A DNA stretch of 64,000 bases from a virus (lineage: Duplodnaviria > Caudoviricetes), in the IMG/VR virus record IMGVR_UViG_3300037501_000255; one strand, given 5' to 3'. How positions within the stretch are numbered: the stretch's first letter is position 1; every line of letters starts with the position of its first letter. A model generated the notes under the pieces. The model had not been told where the DNA came from and ran no database searches. It saw nothing but the letters and a program-made list of their open reading frames with translations. This document shows, piece by piece, positions 36,949-47,546 of this stretch. Position numbers and translations under genes: made by a program.

Positions 36949-37565
36949 ATTCCTCCAAGGTACTTCTTGCAGTAGCTTCTTCGATGATGCGGGGAAAGGC
37001 CGTGCTTTAAAATTGCCTCCCGATGTCCCGAAGATTCATACCCCTTATTGCCATCCCAGCCGTATACCGGAAATTCCTTGTGTAGGAAAAGCATCTGCCG
37101 ATCCTTGGCACATTTGGCTAGTACAGAAGCTGCGGCTATAGACAGGCACTTACCATCACCCTTCACAAGGCACTTCGAGGAGTGTGCTGACGGCAGAGCG
37201 ACACTCACATTTCCGTCCATTATGACATCTAGGCTAGATATGAATTGTATTTTTTCTATCTCCGCTTTTGCAACATCGAATCTTAGATGGTATGGCCTAC
37301 CAGCATCAATTTCTGATGCCGACACTTCTTTACAAAAGAAGTGCAGTGCCGACTTGCGTATGATGCCTTCGAGATAGAATCTCTTCTTTTCTGTAAGAGC
37401 CTTACTGTCATTTAGCGTCGCCAGCTCTTTAAAATCGAAATCCTTATCAAAGACAACCCCGGCTACAAACATACTTCCGGCAATACATCCGTATCCGGCT
37501 TCATCACAGCCCAGCAGCAATCTGCCGTCAGACCATGACGCCAACTCATAAGCAGTACTTATCAT
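36939..37565 (-). CDS. rnhB: Ribonuclease HII
   Basis: GCDEAG.G, NDSK, DGN, KGDG, IAAASVLAK, KGY, HRRSY. Confidence 0.93.
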   Translation of the reverse strand: MISTAYELASWSDGRLLLGCDEAGYGCIAGSMFVAGVVFDKDFDFKELATLNDSKALTEKKRFYLEGIIRKSALHFFCKEVSASEIDAGRPYHLRFDVAKAEIEKIQFISSLDVIMDGNVSVALPSAHSSKCLVKGDGKCLSIAAASVLAKCAKDRQMLFLHKEFPVYGWDGNKGYESSGHREAILKHGLSPHHRRSYCKKYLGGICI

Positions 37566-37573
37566 GCCTTCCC

Positions 37574-38860
37574 TTACAATATTTCTGATGCTAACTCGGA
37601 GAAGCTTGAACGCTCGCCCTTAGTTAGAGTTATATGAGCAGCACATTTCTGTCCTTTAAAGGATTCAATCAAGTGCGTGAGCCCATTATTAGAGAAATCC
37701 AGTCCATTACGATCTATTTGATAAATATCTCCCATAACTACCAATTTGGAACCCTCACCAACACGGGTTGCAATCGTTTTAATTTCTTCCTTTGTCAGAT
37801 TCTGCGCCTCATCACATATAATGAATGTCTTTGGCAGTGACCGACCGCGAATATATGTTGGTGGAGTCATTTCCAACTTCCCCATGTCCATAAGGTGTGT
37901 CAGGAATGTCTGGGCGGCCTTTTCGGCCGGGGGCATCAGCACCTCTAGATTATCTAGATAACTCTGAAAGTGAGGTAATATCTTCTCCATAAGATTGCCC
38001 GGCAGAAAGCCTACATCTAGACCTACTGGTACTGGAGCCTTCATCAGAACTATCTTATCATACTCGGGATTACTTCCCAAAGTTTGCTCAAGCGCTGCAG
38101 AAAGCGCGCAGAGTGTCTTACCACAACCAGCTCGCCCCAGCATAGTGACTAGGGTGACGTCCTGATCCATAAGCACATCTATGGCCATTGACTGACTCAT
38201 GTTTCTTGGCTTGATTCCAGACACGTGCTTGTAATCGGTAATTTTGACAAATTTGCCATCCTGAAATCTTGCCATGGCAGCGTGCTTCTCATCTATAGAT
38301 GAGCGCAGGTGCACGAATTGATTTTCCGGCATTTTCAGTTTAGTAGCGACGCTGCCTGCGGCGTATACGGTATTGATTACCTCTGCGCCGACTGAAACCT
38401 CAGTCAATCCACGATACACTTCTTCAATGCTGTCTGTATGCAGATCCTTTGTATGCGATTCGCACTTTTGACCCAGCGATGTACCCTTCAATCTTAGCGC
38501 GAGATCATTGCTAAGAAATATCGAATTTTTGTAACAGAGTGCTGTAGCGACAATTCTGTTGTCTGGCATATCGACTAGCCCAAGCGAAGTGAGCTTATCT
38601 TCAACTTTACCATGCCACGGCACAGCAACAACGTCTGCCTTGCCTGTTTTTATTCCAGTCAATAGATCGCCGGACTTCATTAGCTCATTAAGCTGTCGTG
38701 TAAAATATCGCGCATTTGCGCCAACTTCATTTCTATCTTTTTTGTGAGTGTCAATCTCCTCTAGGACTTGAAATGGAATCACTACCTTGCCTTCTAATTT
38801 ATCCAAGATTCTTGCGTCGTCCAATATAATATTGGTGTCCAGCACATAAGTTTTTTTCAA
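37574..38860 (-). CDS. phoH: PIN domain + PhoH ATPase
   Basis: VLDTN, DNRI, SNDLALR, GRAGCGKT, GFLPG, YIRGRSL, DEAQN, MGDIYQ. Confidence 0.93.
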   Translation of the reverse strand: MKKTYVLDTNIILDDARILDKLEGKVVIPFQVLEEIDTHKKDRNEVGANARYFTRQLNELMKSGDLLTGIKTGKADVVAVPWHGKVEDKLTSLGLVDMPDNRIVATALCYKNSIFLSNDLALRLKGTSLGQKCESHTKDLHTDSIEEVYRGLTEVSVGAEVINTVYAAGSVATKLKMPENQFVHLRSSIDEKHAAMARFQDGKFVKITDYKHVSGIKPRNMSQSMAIDVLMDQDVTLVTMLGRAGCGKTLCALSAALEQTLGSNPEYDKIVLMKAPVPVGLDVGFLPGNLMEKILPHFQSYLDNLEVLMPPAEKAAQTFLTHLMDMGKLEMTPPTYIRGRSLPKTFIICDEAQNLTKEEIKTIATRVGEGSKLVVMGDIYQIDRNGLDFSNNGLTHLIESFKGQKCAAHITLTKGERSSFSELASEIL

Positions 38861-38873
38861 GGAAACTCTCCTA

Positions 38874-39239
38874 TTAGATAAGGTTGAAGTACTTAAGGTG
38901 TACTTCGTATCTCTTTGTCTTTCCGTCGTTTATCTGTATGATTTCCGGCTGGCGCCATTCACCAACAGTGATCGTGTCCCCCTTCTTAAAATTAGTCCTT
39001 TTCACGATAGTTTTCTTTAGCCCAAAGTCCTTTTCGATTTGAAGACCGAAGTTTGCAATAAGATAATCTCTCCATTCGTATTTTGGATACGACGGGTCAT
39101 TTTTGGCTCTTTCTATTATTTCTGAAGAAACATTGAAGCGGGTAAGCAGTGCCCATACCCACTCATTTTCCAGGGCTTCGATTTGCCTGCCGACCTCAGC
39201 ATAGGTCTCGCACTGTACGACTTTAGTCGTGAAATTCAT
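38874..39239 (-). CDS. Hypothetical protein
   Basis: 121 aa ORF. Confidence 0.7.
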   Translation of the reverse strand: MNFTTKVVQCETYAEVGRQIEALENEWVWALLTRFNVSSEIIERAKNDPSYPKYEWRDYLIANFGLQIEKDFGLKKTIVKRTNFKKGDTITVGEWRQPEIIQINDGKTKRYEVHLKYFNLI

Positions 39240-39805
39240 AATTTGATAATAGCTTCTCTGGTCCCCAAAATTATGGTATGAAGAACCTTATCTTCTTCCG
39301 CCAGCGCCGACTGGCGCCGCGCGGCAGGGCATTCGACTTCAATGCGGCCACAAGAAAGCAGATATGGTTCATACACTATATCATAGTTTTTATTGCTATA
39401 TTTGATATTTACCTCATCTGGAGTGAGTATTCTAACTACTAATGTGTATGGATCTACATTCCATAAGTTAGCATAGTACTTGAATATACCTAGGAATTTG
39501 CGATCTGGTATATTAGTATCTATATTATCTATGATGTACTTGAAATCTTGCCCTATAAATGACATCTGAGAATTGCATTTCTCATGCACGCGTACGGTAG
39601 CCCATAGCTTATGCTTTGAAACTGGCGCAATAATTCTTTCATTAAGATCTGGATCTGAATTATAGTTCGCTCTGAGCGCCCATGAGAAGCTGGACGGCAC
39701 GCATAACTTATCGAAGTTCCTTATCAGGACCTGATGTACATAATGTTCTAAATTAGTGGGATACCTGCCCAACCCTTCGTGACATAGAACGCATGTATCT
39801 GTCAT
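39236..39805 (-). CDS. Hypothetical protein, degenerate HNH-like
   Basis: CVLC...HYVH...HEKCN. Confidence 0.55.
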   Translation of the reverse strand: MTDTCVLCHEGLGRYPTNLEHYVHQVLIRNFDKLCVPSSFSWALRANYNSDPDLNERIIAPVSKHKLWATVRVHEKCNSQMSFIGQDFKYIIDNIDTNIPDRKFLGIFKYYANLWNVDPYTLVVRILTPDEVNIKYSNKNYDIVYEPYLLSCGRIEVECPAARRQSALAEEDKVLHTIILGTREAIIKL

Positions 39806-40362
39806 AGATAATCTCGCAACGGCGTATATGCCGATAGACGTGATAGAGAACCCGATATCCGCTTACGTCTTTTGAAGTAAGACTCGGTATTGTATACACA
39901 GTCCTCATCTAAGAATTGCTCTATAATGGCTTTTTTATTCTTAGCTCCGATACTGTTCAGTGCCGTATCTAAGACGCGCGCAAATTCACTACTCAAATAC
40001 TCTTGTTCGGGATGTTCACAGGTGCCTAATAAATCGACACCGACCTTCTTGAGGCGCTCTGCTGCAACCTTATATCGCTTTTGCTTGCGCACGAAATCAA
40101 CTATCTCTCTTCTTATTGTATGCCCTGCCCAGCCAAAAAAATTGACTGTAGAGTTAATAGGAAAAGTCTGTATGGCTAAAGTATGTGCCATATATGCAAT
40201 TTGCGATACGTCTTCAACGCTTGTAATTATACCATACTTCTTAATATATTTGTTTGGTATAAATTTTGTACGTTCAAATATCACATCAATCTTTTCCAAC
40301 CCGTCGCGCAACAATATAATATGGGCCCTCGCCTCATCGGCATCAAACTGATTTAGATCCAT
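39802..40362 (-). CDS. Sigma-70 family (ECF-like) sigma factor
   Basis: EDVSQ..Y.A..F....NFFGWA..TIRREIVDFVRK (region 2) plus region-4-like C-terminus. Confidence 0.7.
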   Translation of the reverse strand: MDLNQFDADEARAHIILLRDGLEKIDVIFERTKFIPNKYIKKYGIITSVEDVSQIAYMAHTLAIQTFPINSTVNFFGWAGHTIRREIVDFVRKQKRYKVAAERLKKVGVDLLGTCEHPEQEYLSSEFARVLDTALNSIGAKNKKAIIEQFLDEDCVYNTESYFKRRKRISGSLSRLSAYTPLRDYL

Positions 40363-41412
40363 ATATAATCTCCATTAATTCCTCTTTCTTGGCGAGCCAA
40401 TCATCGCTCTCCCATATGACCAGTACGCGGTACCCGGCCTGCTGGAGACTTGTTATTTTTTTCTCATCCGCCTCCCAACGCTCCCGTGCACGATATCTGT
40501 TGCCCGGGAGTATAATAACATCATCACTATCATAGTGCCTTGGGTTAGCATGTACATAATCTCCGTTTATCTCTACAACAATCTTCCTCTCTTCATTTAG
40601 TTCATCTGCACAGTATTTTGTGCATAAAATCTGCTCACCTAAAATCCATGTTCTCTAAATTGAAAGAATTTTTCAGCTTTTAGATGTAATTTTGAAAATC
40701 TATTGCGCAGAGCGCGCAGGGCTGACAGGCGCATCTCCCTCGCGCCATTCACATCCAATTCAAAACGCTTAATTAACAACTCTCGCCTTTTCTGACGCAC
40801 TTCGGGCGTGCTAAGTGCGCGGCGGATGTTTTGGGAAGTACGGCTGCGAAATTCATCGTCTTGCCACATCAGTTTTGTGGCTATGCTGCGACGGAGGTGG
40901 GACTCCTCAGTTGTATTGTACTTAAATTTTCCACTGCGACGCAGCTCGCTATGTGAGGCGCTAATTTGTTTCTTTACTATCTCGAGCTTCGATATATTAT
41001 CTACGCCGTACCTATCTTTAATGACGCGAGCGATTTCGTCTTGGGTTTTACTGAGAGAGAATCCACACTGTTTGCCGGAACATGCGAACGAACAGAAGGA
41101 TTTGGGCTTACCTCTGCAGAATCCAACTTCTATGCCGCACTGCCTACAGCGTGGCGCACCATGTGTCAAGATATGTTGCCGCTCACGGTATTCGAATGTG
41201 TTGTGCCCAAGAGCAAATTTTGAAAATCTGCCGCGCCTGAATGCAGGCCTATCTGAACAATATCCGCACGCGCATACTGGGGCTACCCCTTCGTAATCCC
41301 GCGCTATAATATACTCTTCGATAGTCAACGAATGCTTTTCTTGCACATACTTGGATAGCTGTCCTGCCAAATTGTTTGTACATTCAAAATCACACAATAC
41401 ACATGTTTGCAT
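40343..41412 (-). mobile_element. Vsr/DUF559 (EDxHD)-type homing endonuclease with Zn-finger/NUMOD-like N-terminus; 1-nt frameshift at about 40641
   Basis: ORF 40639-41412 continues as EQILCTKYCADELNEERKIVVEINGDYVHANP...GYRVLVIWESD if one T is added. Confidence 0.8.
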
Positions 41413-41452
41413 GATTACTCATGTCACATATATCGGGTAATTAATAGATGCC

Positions 41453-43924
41453 CTAGCATTTAGACGAACCGCAATCCTTGCATGTTAAACACCCTTCGGC
41501 GTACATGACATTCTTTGAGCCGCAGTCTTTGCACTTAACGCCGGTTGTCGCACCATCGGCAATATATTTTTTAAGCACCCGAGAAAGAACCTTATTGATG
41601 TCAGTTATATTTCCATCTTTATTCAACTGAGCCACAACAAATTCAACGTTGACCCCGTGACGCAAGGACATTGAGATCATTCTAGTTGCCCAGGCTGACT
41701 CTGGATTATCGAATGTATTGACGATATTCTTAACAACAAGCTCCTCCTCTCCGTCTGGAAGATGCAGGCTGTATGTTCCATGCTTGATCTTTTTAATGAA
41801 GCCACCCTTTAACTTGGAGGGCAGTATCAGATTCTCTGCTGCGCCAGCAAAGATTTCATATGGCTTACCGTTCATGAGTCCAACAAGAATGACCCATTTG
41901 ATGCCCTTTACTGTTACATGATGTATCTCGCACGGCAGTGTTTCAGGCCGCTTCGGGGCATGTGTTGGCTGAATTTCTGTTGGTCGACCATCAGAGTCGG
42001 TTTTGGGGCCGACATCTGCGGCAACAAGAACTCCGCTCCTGCAGCTATCGCGATAAACAGTAATCCCCTTGCAACCAGACTTCCAGCCTCTACGGTAAAC
42101 CCTGTCAACATCAGCCTTAGATGCGCTATTTGGAAGATTAGTCGTCTTGGAAATAGCATGGCATACCCATTTCTGCGCCGCAGCCTGCAGATCAACTGCA
42201 GCCTCCCAGTCAATCTCGTTTGCTGTCGCCTTGTTGTACGGGCTCTGCTCTACATCGGATTTGCCAGTAATCTCCATCCATTTCGTTACACCGTGATGAT
42301 ATACGGTATACTCTTGCCACTTATCTCCCATATGATCTACAAAATCAACTCGCGCATCCTTATCATTAGGATTGATCTTCTTACGACGCTTGTAGTGAGT
42401 CATAAATACCGGCTCGATACCGCTAGTCGTCTGGGTTAGGGTAGATACAGAGCCTGTGGGAGCGGTGGTTGTGAGTGCTATATTTCTACGGCCGTGCTTG
42501 AGGTACAACTTGTGTAGCTCAGGGTCTGCATCCCAAATTCTTTGCAGGAATTTATGCCCCTTCTCTTTTTTAAGGTTAAAAATCGGGAATGCACCACGCT
42601 CACGAGCCATGATTACACTGGAGCGGTATGCTCCCAGGGCCATAGTCATATATATGGATTCTACCGCAGCAATACTCGCATCTGAGCCGTAGCGTAAGCC
42701 GAGCGCTGCAACCGTATCGCCGATAGCTGTTACCCCAAGACCGGTACGACGGCCATTTATAGCTGCAGTCCGGATACGCTGCCAAAGCACACGCTCGATC
42801 AGCTTTACCTCTTCGGGCTCTGGATCTGTATCAATTTTAGCAAGCACTTTATCTACTTGTTCAATTTCTAAATCAATCAAGTCATCCATAAGACGCTGTG
42901 CCTTCTCAGCGTCGGACTTGAATGCTTCAAAATCGAAGCTTGCCTGTTTAGTAAATGGATTTTTGACATATGAAAAGGTGTTTAGAATCATCAGACGGCA
43001 TGAATCATATTCAGACAGAATTATTTCGCCACATGGATTTGTACTCTTCGAACCAAAGCCTTCCTCGGTATATACGTCGGCAGGCGTATTCTCAAGTGCG
43101 GTATCCCAAAATAAACATCCTGGCTCAGCACTCGCATGCGCAGCTTCAACGAATTCATCCCAAATCTGCTTAGCATCTACCATTTCCTCAATAATATGCT
43201 TGGCATCTTTAGCTACAGGAAATCGTAGCTGCACTTGTGTGCCAGCCTCAACAGCGGAAAGAAATTCATCGCTCCAGCGAACAGATATGTTGGCACCAGT
43301 TACCTTTTTAAGGTCTCTCTTGATATTTATAAAGGTTCGAATCTCTGGATGGTGGCAGTTAATTGTTAGCATCAGAGCGCCACGTCGACCGCCCTGAGCG
43401 ACCTCGCGGCAAGTGTTAGAGAACCGCTCCATAAATACAGCAATGCCATCAGTTGTCCCTGCCGCATTTTGTGTAGTGAGGCCCTTGGGGCGAATAGTTG
43501 AGATATCGAAACCTACACCACCTCGCCTCTTCATAATCTGAGCTTCTTGCTGATCTGTGAACAACAGACCGCCGTAGGAGTCTGACGGTGCGGGGATAAC
43601 AAAACAATTGCTTGCAGACTGTAATTTATATGGATTCCCCAATGCACTCATTGGGGAGCCTTGGGGCACAACACGCCTAAATTCTTTGAAGAGTTCAAAA
43701 ATCTCATCTTCACTCATGGGATTAGGATACTTTGCCTCAATTCTGGCAAATTCCTTAGCCAGCCTACGGTGCATATCATGAGGAGTTGCTTCAAGCAGCC
43801 TACCATCATTATCACGCAATGCGTATTTGTTTATGAAAACTGATGCGGCTAGTTCATCGCCGCCAAAATAATTCTTAGATAATTGCATTGCCTCTTCAAC
43901 TGAAACGACCATGTTGCTCTCCAT
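41453..43924 (-). CDS. nrdJ: Class II (B12-dependent) ribonucleotide reductase
   Basis: PQGSP, SNCFV, GGVGFD, STNPCGE, RRTGLG, TAPTGS, QKWVCHAISKT, KGITVYRD, C-terminal CxxC Zn ribbon. Confidence 0.95.
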   Translation of the reverse strand: MESNMVVSVEEAMQLSKNYFGGDELAASVFINKYALRDNDGRLLEATPHDMHRRLAKEFARIEAKYPNPMSEDEIFELFKEFRRVVPQGSPMSALGNPYKLQSASNCFVIPAPSDSYGGLLFTDQQEAQIMKRRGGVGFDISTIRPKGLTTQNAAGTTDGIAVFMERFSNTCREVAQGGRRGALMLTINCHHPEIRTFINIKRDLKKVTGANISVRWSDEFLSAVEAGTQVQLRFPVAKDAKHIIEEMVDAKQIWDEFVEAAHASAEPGCLFWDTALENTPADVYTEEGFGSKSTNPCGEIILSEYDSCRLMILNTFSYVKNPFTKQASFDFEAFKSDAEKAQRLMDDLIDLEIEQVDKVLAKIDTDPEPEEVKLIERVLWQRIRTAAINGRRTGLGVTAIGDTVAALGLRYGSDASIAAVESIYMTMALGAYRSSVIMARERGAFPIFNLKKEKGHKFLQRIWDADPELHKLYLKHGRRNIALTTTAPTGSVSTLTQTTSGIEPVFMTHYKRRKKINPNDKDARVDFVDHMGDKWQEYTVYHHGVTKWMEITGKSDVEQSPYNKATANEIDWEAAVDLQAAAQKWVCHAISKTTNLPNSASKADVDRVYRRGWKSGCKGITVYRDSCRSGVLVAADVGPKTDSDGRPTEIQPTHAPKRPETLPCEIHHVTVKGIKWVILVGLMNGKPYEIFAGAAENLILPSKLKGGFIKKIKHGTYSLHLPDGEEELVVKNIVNTFDNPESAWATRMISMSLRHGVNVEFVVAQLNKDGNITDINKVLSRVLKKYIADGATTGVKCKDCGSKNVMYAEGCLTCKDCGSSKC

Positions 43925-44415
43925 TACAAATCAACTTCCTGTAATTCATTCATTGCGTTCAAAACTTGTCTGCCGGTACGCAGAGCGTATTTGATAGTGT
44001 TATATGTACCACCGCTTTTGCGCCCTTCCCAAAAACATATCATTATGTGGGATTTGTCGACTATCTGGCGATCCCTAATGTGATAATTCGCAGGCCTATA
44101 GACCTTTCCTACAATACTGGTTGACTTCGCTCTCAGTGCATGTGATAAAAGAAGCTCGGCTTCCTCTCTAGTCCAAAATTTGCCTTGAATATCTGCCGGA
44201 AATGGCAGAAAGAGATTGTACGAGATATTCTTCTCAATGCAGGCCTGCGCTACCCACATGTCCGCACCAATGCAGCCGCCAAGATTAAATTCTGCATTGT
44301 GAAAAGTGTGAGCGCAATACTCAACAAGGAGATTTGCTATCTCCTTGGCGTACTCGACATTTGCAAATCCTGTCGGTCTATGCCCCGTCACACCTATCTG
44401 TGGTACAAACATCAT
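43924..44415 (-). CDS. YspA/DUF1273 SLOG-family protein
   Basis: IGVTGHRP, GGCIGAD, YHIRD..IVD, SGGTYNTI. Confidence 0.85.
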   Translation of the reverse strand: MMFVPQIGVTGHRPTGFANVEYAKEIANLLVEYCAHTFHNAEFNLGGCIGADMWVAQACIEKNISYNLFLPFPADIQGKFWTREEAELLLSHALRAKSTSIVGKVYRPANYHIRDRQIVDKSHIMICFWEGRKSGGTYNTIKYALRTGRQVLNAMNELQEVDL

Positions 44416-45018
44416 TTACCTTTTCATGGCTGCAGGTACTGCCCCGTTAGTCTTTTGCTTCTGCTGGCGCAGTTTTGGCCGTAGAATGCTCAGTAATCCG
44501 GCAGTTCCAAACGCAGTAAGTGCTACTGCGAATAGATCAGCATTCGACCCATCACTTTTTTCCTCCGATTGAACCCCGCCATCAGCTATACTCAAGACAG
44601 TAGTCTGGCCATCTCTAGCTATGAAGATTGGAGAATTAGTAGCGGGGTTATCGTTTATGAGCCGAGCTGAATGGAGCATTTCATGTTCGTATATGGTGTC
44701 AACATGCATGCCGTCTCTCCAGTATTGATGTACGCCTTGCACTGTATCAATTACAGCGGGGCCATCCGTGCGGTGATATTTTCCGTTAACTACCCAGGCC
44801 ATTGAACCATCGGCAAAGAAGATGGCGGGGCCGCTATCGCTGTGGATTGTGAGCTGCAGGTCTCGCTGATAATAATCAAAGTACAGAATGCCATCACTGG
44901 AGAGAAGAATTTGCTCTCCTCCAGTGTTCGCGTAGTCGAAATATATGTGAAAGGGGCGGTCTGACCTGACAAGGCGAATTTGAGAAAGAGAACGCTCGTC
45001 AATCGTCGGGCTCACCAT
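44416..45018 (-). CDS. HRxDGPA-repeat protein with C-terminal TM anchor
   Basis: HSDSGPAI, HRTDGPAV; ends FAVALTAFGTAGLLSIL-RPKLRQQKQK. Confidence 0.8.
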   Translation of the reverse strand: MVSPTIDERSLSQIRLVRSDRPFHIYFDYANTGGEQILLSSDGILYFDYYQRDLQLTIHSDSGPAIFFADGSMAWVVNGKYHRTDGPAVIDTVQGVHQYWRDGMHVDTIYEHEMLHSARLINDNPATNSPIFIARDGQTTVLSIADGGVQSEEKSDGSNADLFAVALTAFGTAGLLSILRPKLRQQKQKTNGAVPAAMKR

Positions 45019-45304
45019 ATGTATCTCTTACCTGTTGTTCGCCAAATATATTATCTAACGTTTTGGAATCCTCGTTTAAAGCCTCTTTGCCTATCTGGGC
45101 ATACATCTCTTGTAACTCAGGATTCATCTTTTTCTGCACATATTCAATTGTATTAGCATATTGCACATCAACGCGAAATTTGCTGAAAATTTTACAGTAA
45201 TTGTTTGATCCACAGGCCGGGCATGCTGGATTTACTCCGCCCATATATACAAAATGCTCCTTCTTAAACTCACAATCCTTACATCGAAAATCAAAGAGCG
45301 GCAT
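44999..45304 (-). CDS. FmdB-family zinc-ribbon protein
   Basis: MPLFDFRCKDC...CPACGS. Confidence 0.85.
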   Translation of the reverse strand: MPLFDFRCKDCEFKKEHFVYMGGVNPACPACGSNNYCKIFSKFRVDVQYANTIEYVQKKMNPELQEMYAQIGKEALNEDSKTLDNIFGEQQVRDTYGEPDD

Positions 45305-47546
45305 GTGTTACCTCGCGATTTCGTACTTCCTGTTTCTTTGCGGAGGAGGGTTTTGCTGCTCCGGATAGATAAGAGACCAATGCAGCTATTCCTAAGGCGC
45401 CAATGGCTGTAACCCATGAGCTGCTATCATCAGTGTTGGCCACAGCCTCATCTTGCTCAGTCACCTCATTCGCGTCCAGCACAAAGGCATACTGTATCGG
45501 TATAGCGGGGGTGCCCTGTAACGATACACGCAGTACTCCCGGATCTTCTGAATCTCTCTCGACCTTCACATCCGGTTCGTTGTCAAGATCTTTTAGAATA
45601 TTCTCTATTCTTTTTTTAACACTATCTATATCAATATGCTTAATATCGTTACCGATATACCTACTCATGCTTTCCTTCAGAAGTTGCTTGACGCGCGCCT
45701 CCTGCTCTTCTGGGCTTAAGTGATCTACTTTGAATTGCATTTCTAGTTGTTCCATAGCCTCCTCAACCTCTTCGGCCGTAAAGAATGGAGCCTCAGAATT
45801 ATGCGCAGCAGTGTGGGTCGTCGCCGAGCGAAGCGCCTCTTCACGCACGGCGCGTTCGTGCATTCTGCGGACACTAGCCGCTACCGACTCACCTGTACCA
45901 CCATCGTCCTCGGCGGCATCCCTAATGGCTGAACGATCGTCTATTAAATTATTAGATGCGATACCTTTTAGGTAAAAAATTTTTGAATTAACTAGATAGT
46001 TGCCAATAACAGATATTTGGCTGTTATCTTCGACCTCAATAAAAATTGTTGCATCTCTGATGATGCAATTGGCCAGCTCCACATCTCTAGTTGACTTTAT
46101 TTTGAGCGTCCCTCCGGTAATCTCGGCATCTGCTATACCTAGAGGTGTAAGCTCCCCGCGCAGGACTGCAGTTCCCGTCGCGCTAACTGTCATTCCGCCA
46201 AGAGATAACATGCGCATACTCATCATATCGGCGCTATTTTGAGGGGTTTCGGCTATTTTTATACCTTCACGATAGAATTCATACTGATTTACAGGTTTTA
46301 CATTGTATGTCTTAATCTTATAGAAAAACTTGTTATCCGGACACGGGACGCTCTTCAGAAGGTGATGGGTTGACTGTTCAAGGCCATCTCCGCCACCCCA
46401 CTTAACAGCAGGGAGGCCCAGCTCATCTCTATGTAATTTACCATTGCGCGCCCAAATTACGGTATGATCTCCATTATTCTCGACTAGAATAGCGGCAGGC
46501 AGATCTCCGTCGCGATGCCATACACCATTCTTAAAGAAAATCTGAGTTCCACATGGCAACTTTACAGCAGGCGTAGCGGAATTAAGGCTATGAAGTTTGC
46601 CATCCACATAGCAGTATTCCTCGCCGCCAGGCTTTATGAATGCCGGACCATCTTCGCGATGCATTGCACCGTTTTTGTAATATATTTTCGTACCATCTGT
46701 AAGCTCTATTGCAGGACCATCATCGCGATGTTTTATAGTCGTACCTGCCACATACCAAAAACGATTTCCCTGTAAATCTTGAAGACAATAGCCACGCTCG
46801 TCATCGTGCACTACAGTCGCTTCAAGTCTAGTAGCCATGAAATGCGCAATTGATGCCCGATTCTGGCCATCAGCCGAGATTCCTCTTGAAAAGATTGTTT
46901 TTGGTTGCTCACTTGCCCTGCCTCTGTGATAATATAATGTTTCGTCTCCATTTATTACAGCTGGCCCATCTTCGCGGTGTATACGACCGTGCTGTACCCA
47001 AATAGACGTTCCACCGGGAAGCGTGATTGCCGGGCCATCCGTTCGATGAATATGACCATTTTGTATATATACTGACGTACCGTCATCAAATTCAAGAGCT
47101 GGAGCTCCATCGCGATGAGGTACTCCATTCTCACACCAGCACGTATACTTGATGTTAGTGTCCGGAATCAACATCTCTACTGCCGGTCCATCCGTGCGGT
47201 GCAGCACTCCAGTCTTGAAATACATTTTAGAATGATCGGTGACTAACGCAGGGCCGTCTGTCCTGTGCAAATTTCCATACTGATACCAAAATTCGTGGCC
47301 ATCGGCGTTTATCATGGCAGGGCCAGATTTTCTATGCAAAAGGTGCGAGTCTTGTAGGCGATACTCGGTTGTATTATCAGAGGCTGTCTTTTCCAGGACG
47401 ACCTCCGTCGCATCTTCTACATCAAACTTACCGAGAAATGTAACAATATCCTCTCCGGCAAGCGAGCGTGGTGGAGAGGCCAGCGTGCTTAAAATTCCAC
47501 GTATGCTGTCTACTACAGCATTGTATTTATCTTTGTTTAATGACAT
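45291..47546 (-). CDS. Large HRxDGPA-repeat protein (about 11 repeats) with C-terminal TM anchor
   Basis: Repeated LHRxDGPAV units; ends WVTAIGALGIAALVSYL-SGAAKPSSAKK. Confidence 0.85.
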   Translation of the reverse strand: MSLNKDKYNAVVDSIRGILSTLASPPRSLAGEDIVTFLGKFDVEDATEVVLEKTASDNTTEYRLQDSHLLHRKSGPAMINADGHEFWYQYGNLHRTDGPALVTDHSKMYFKTGVLHRTDGPAVEMLIPDTNIKYTCWCENGVPHRDGAPALEFDDGTSVYIQNGHIHRTDGPAITLPGGTSIWVQHGRIHREDGPAVINGDETLYYHRGRASEQPKTIFSRGISADGQNRASIAHFMATRLEATVVHDDERGYCLQDLQGNRFWYVAGTTIKHRDDGPAIELTDGTKIYYKNGAMHREDGPAFIKPGGEEYCYVDGKLHSLNSATPAVKLPCGTQIFFKNGVWHRDGDLPAAILVENNGDHTVIWARNGKLHRDELGLPAVKWGGGDGLEQSTHHLLKSVPCPDNKFFYKIKTYNVKPVNQYEFYREGIKIAETPQNSADMMSMRMLSLGGMTVSATGTAVLRGELTPLGIADAEITGGTLKIKSTRDVELANCIIRDATIFIEVEDNSQISVIGNYLVNSKIFYLKGIASNNLIDDRSAIRDAAEDDGGTGESVAASVRRMHERAVREEALRSATTHTAAHNSEAPFFTAEEVEEAMEQLEMQFKVDHLSPEEQEARVKQLLKESMSRYIGNDIKHIDIDSVKKRIENILKDLDNEPDVKVERDSEDPGVLRVSLQGTPAIPIQYAFVLDANEVTEQDEAVANTDDSSSWVTAIGALGIAALVSYLSGAAKPSSAKKQEVRNREVTHAAL

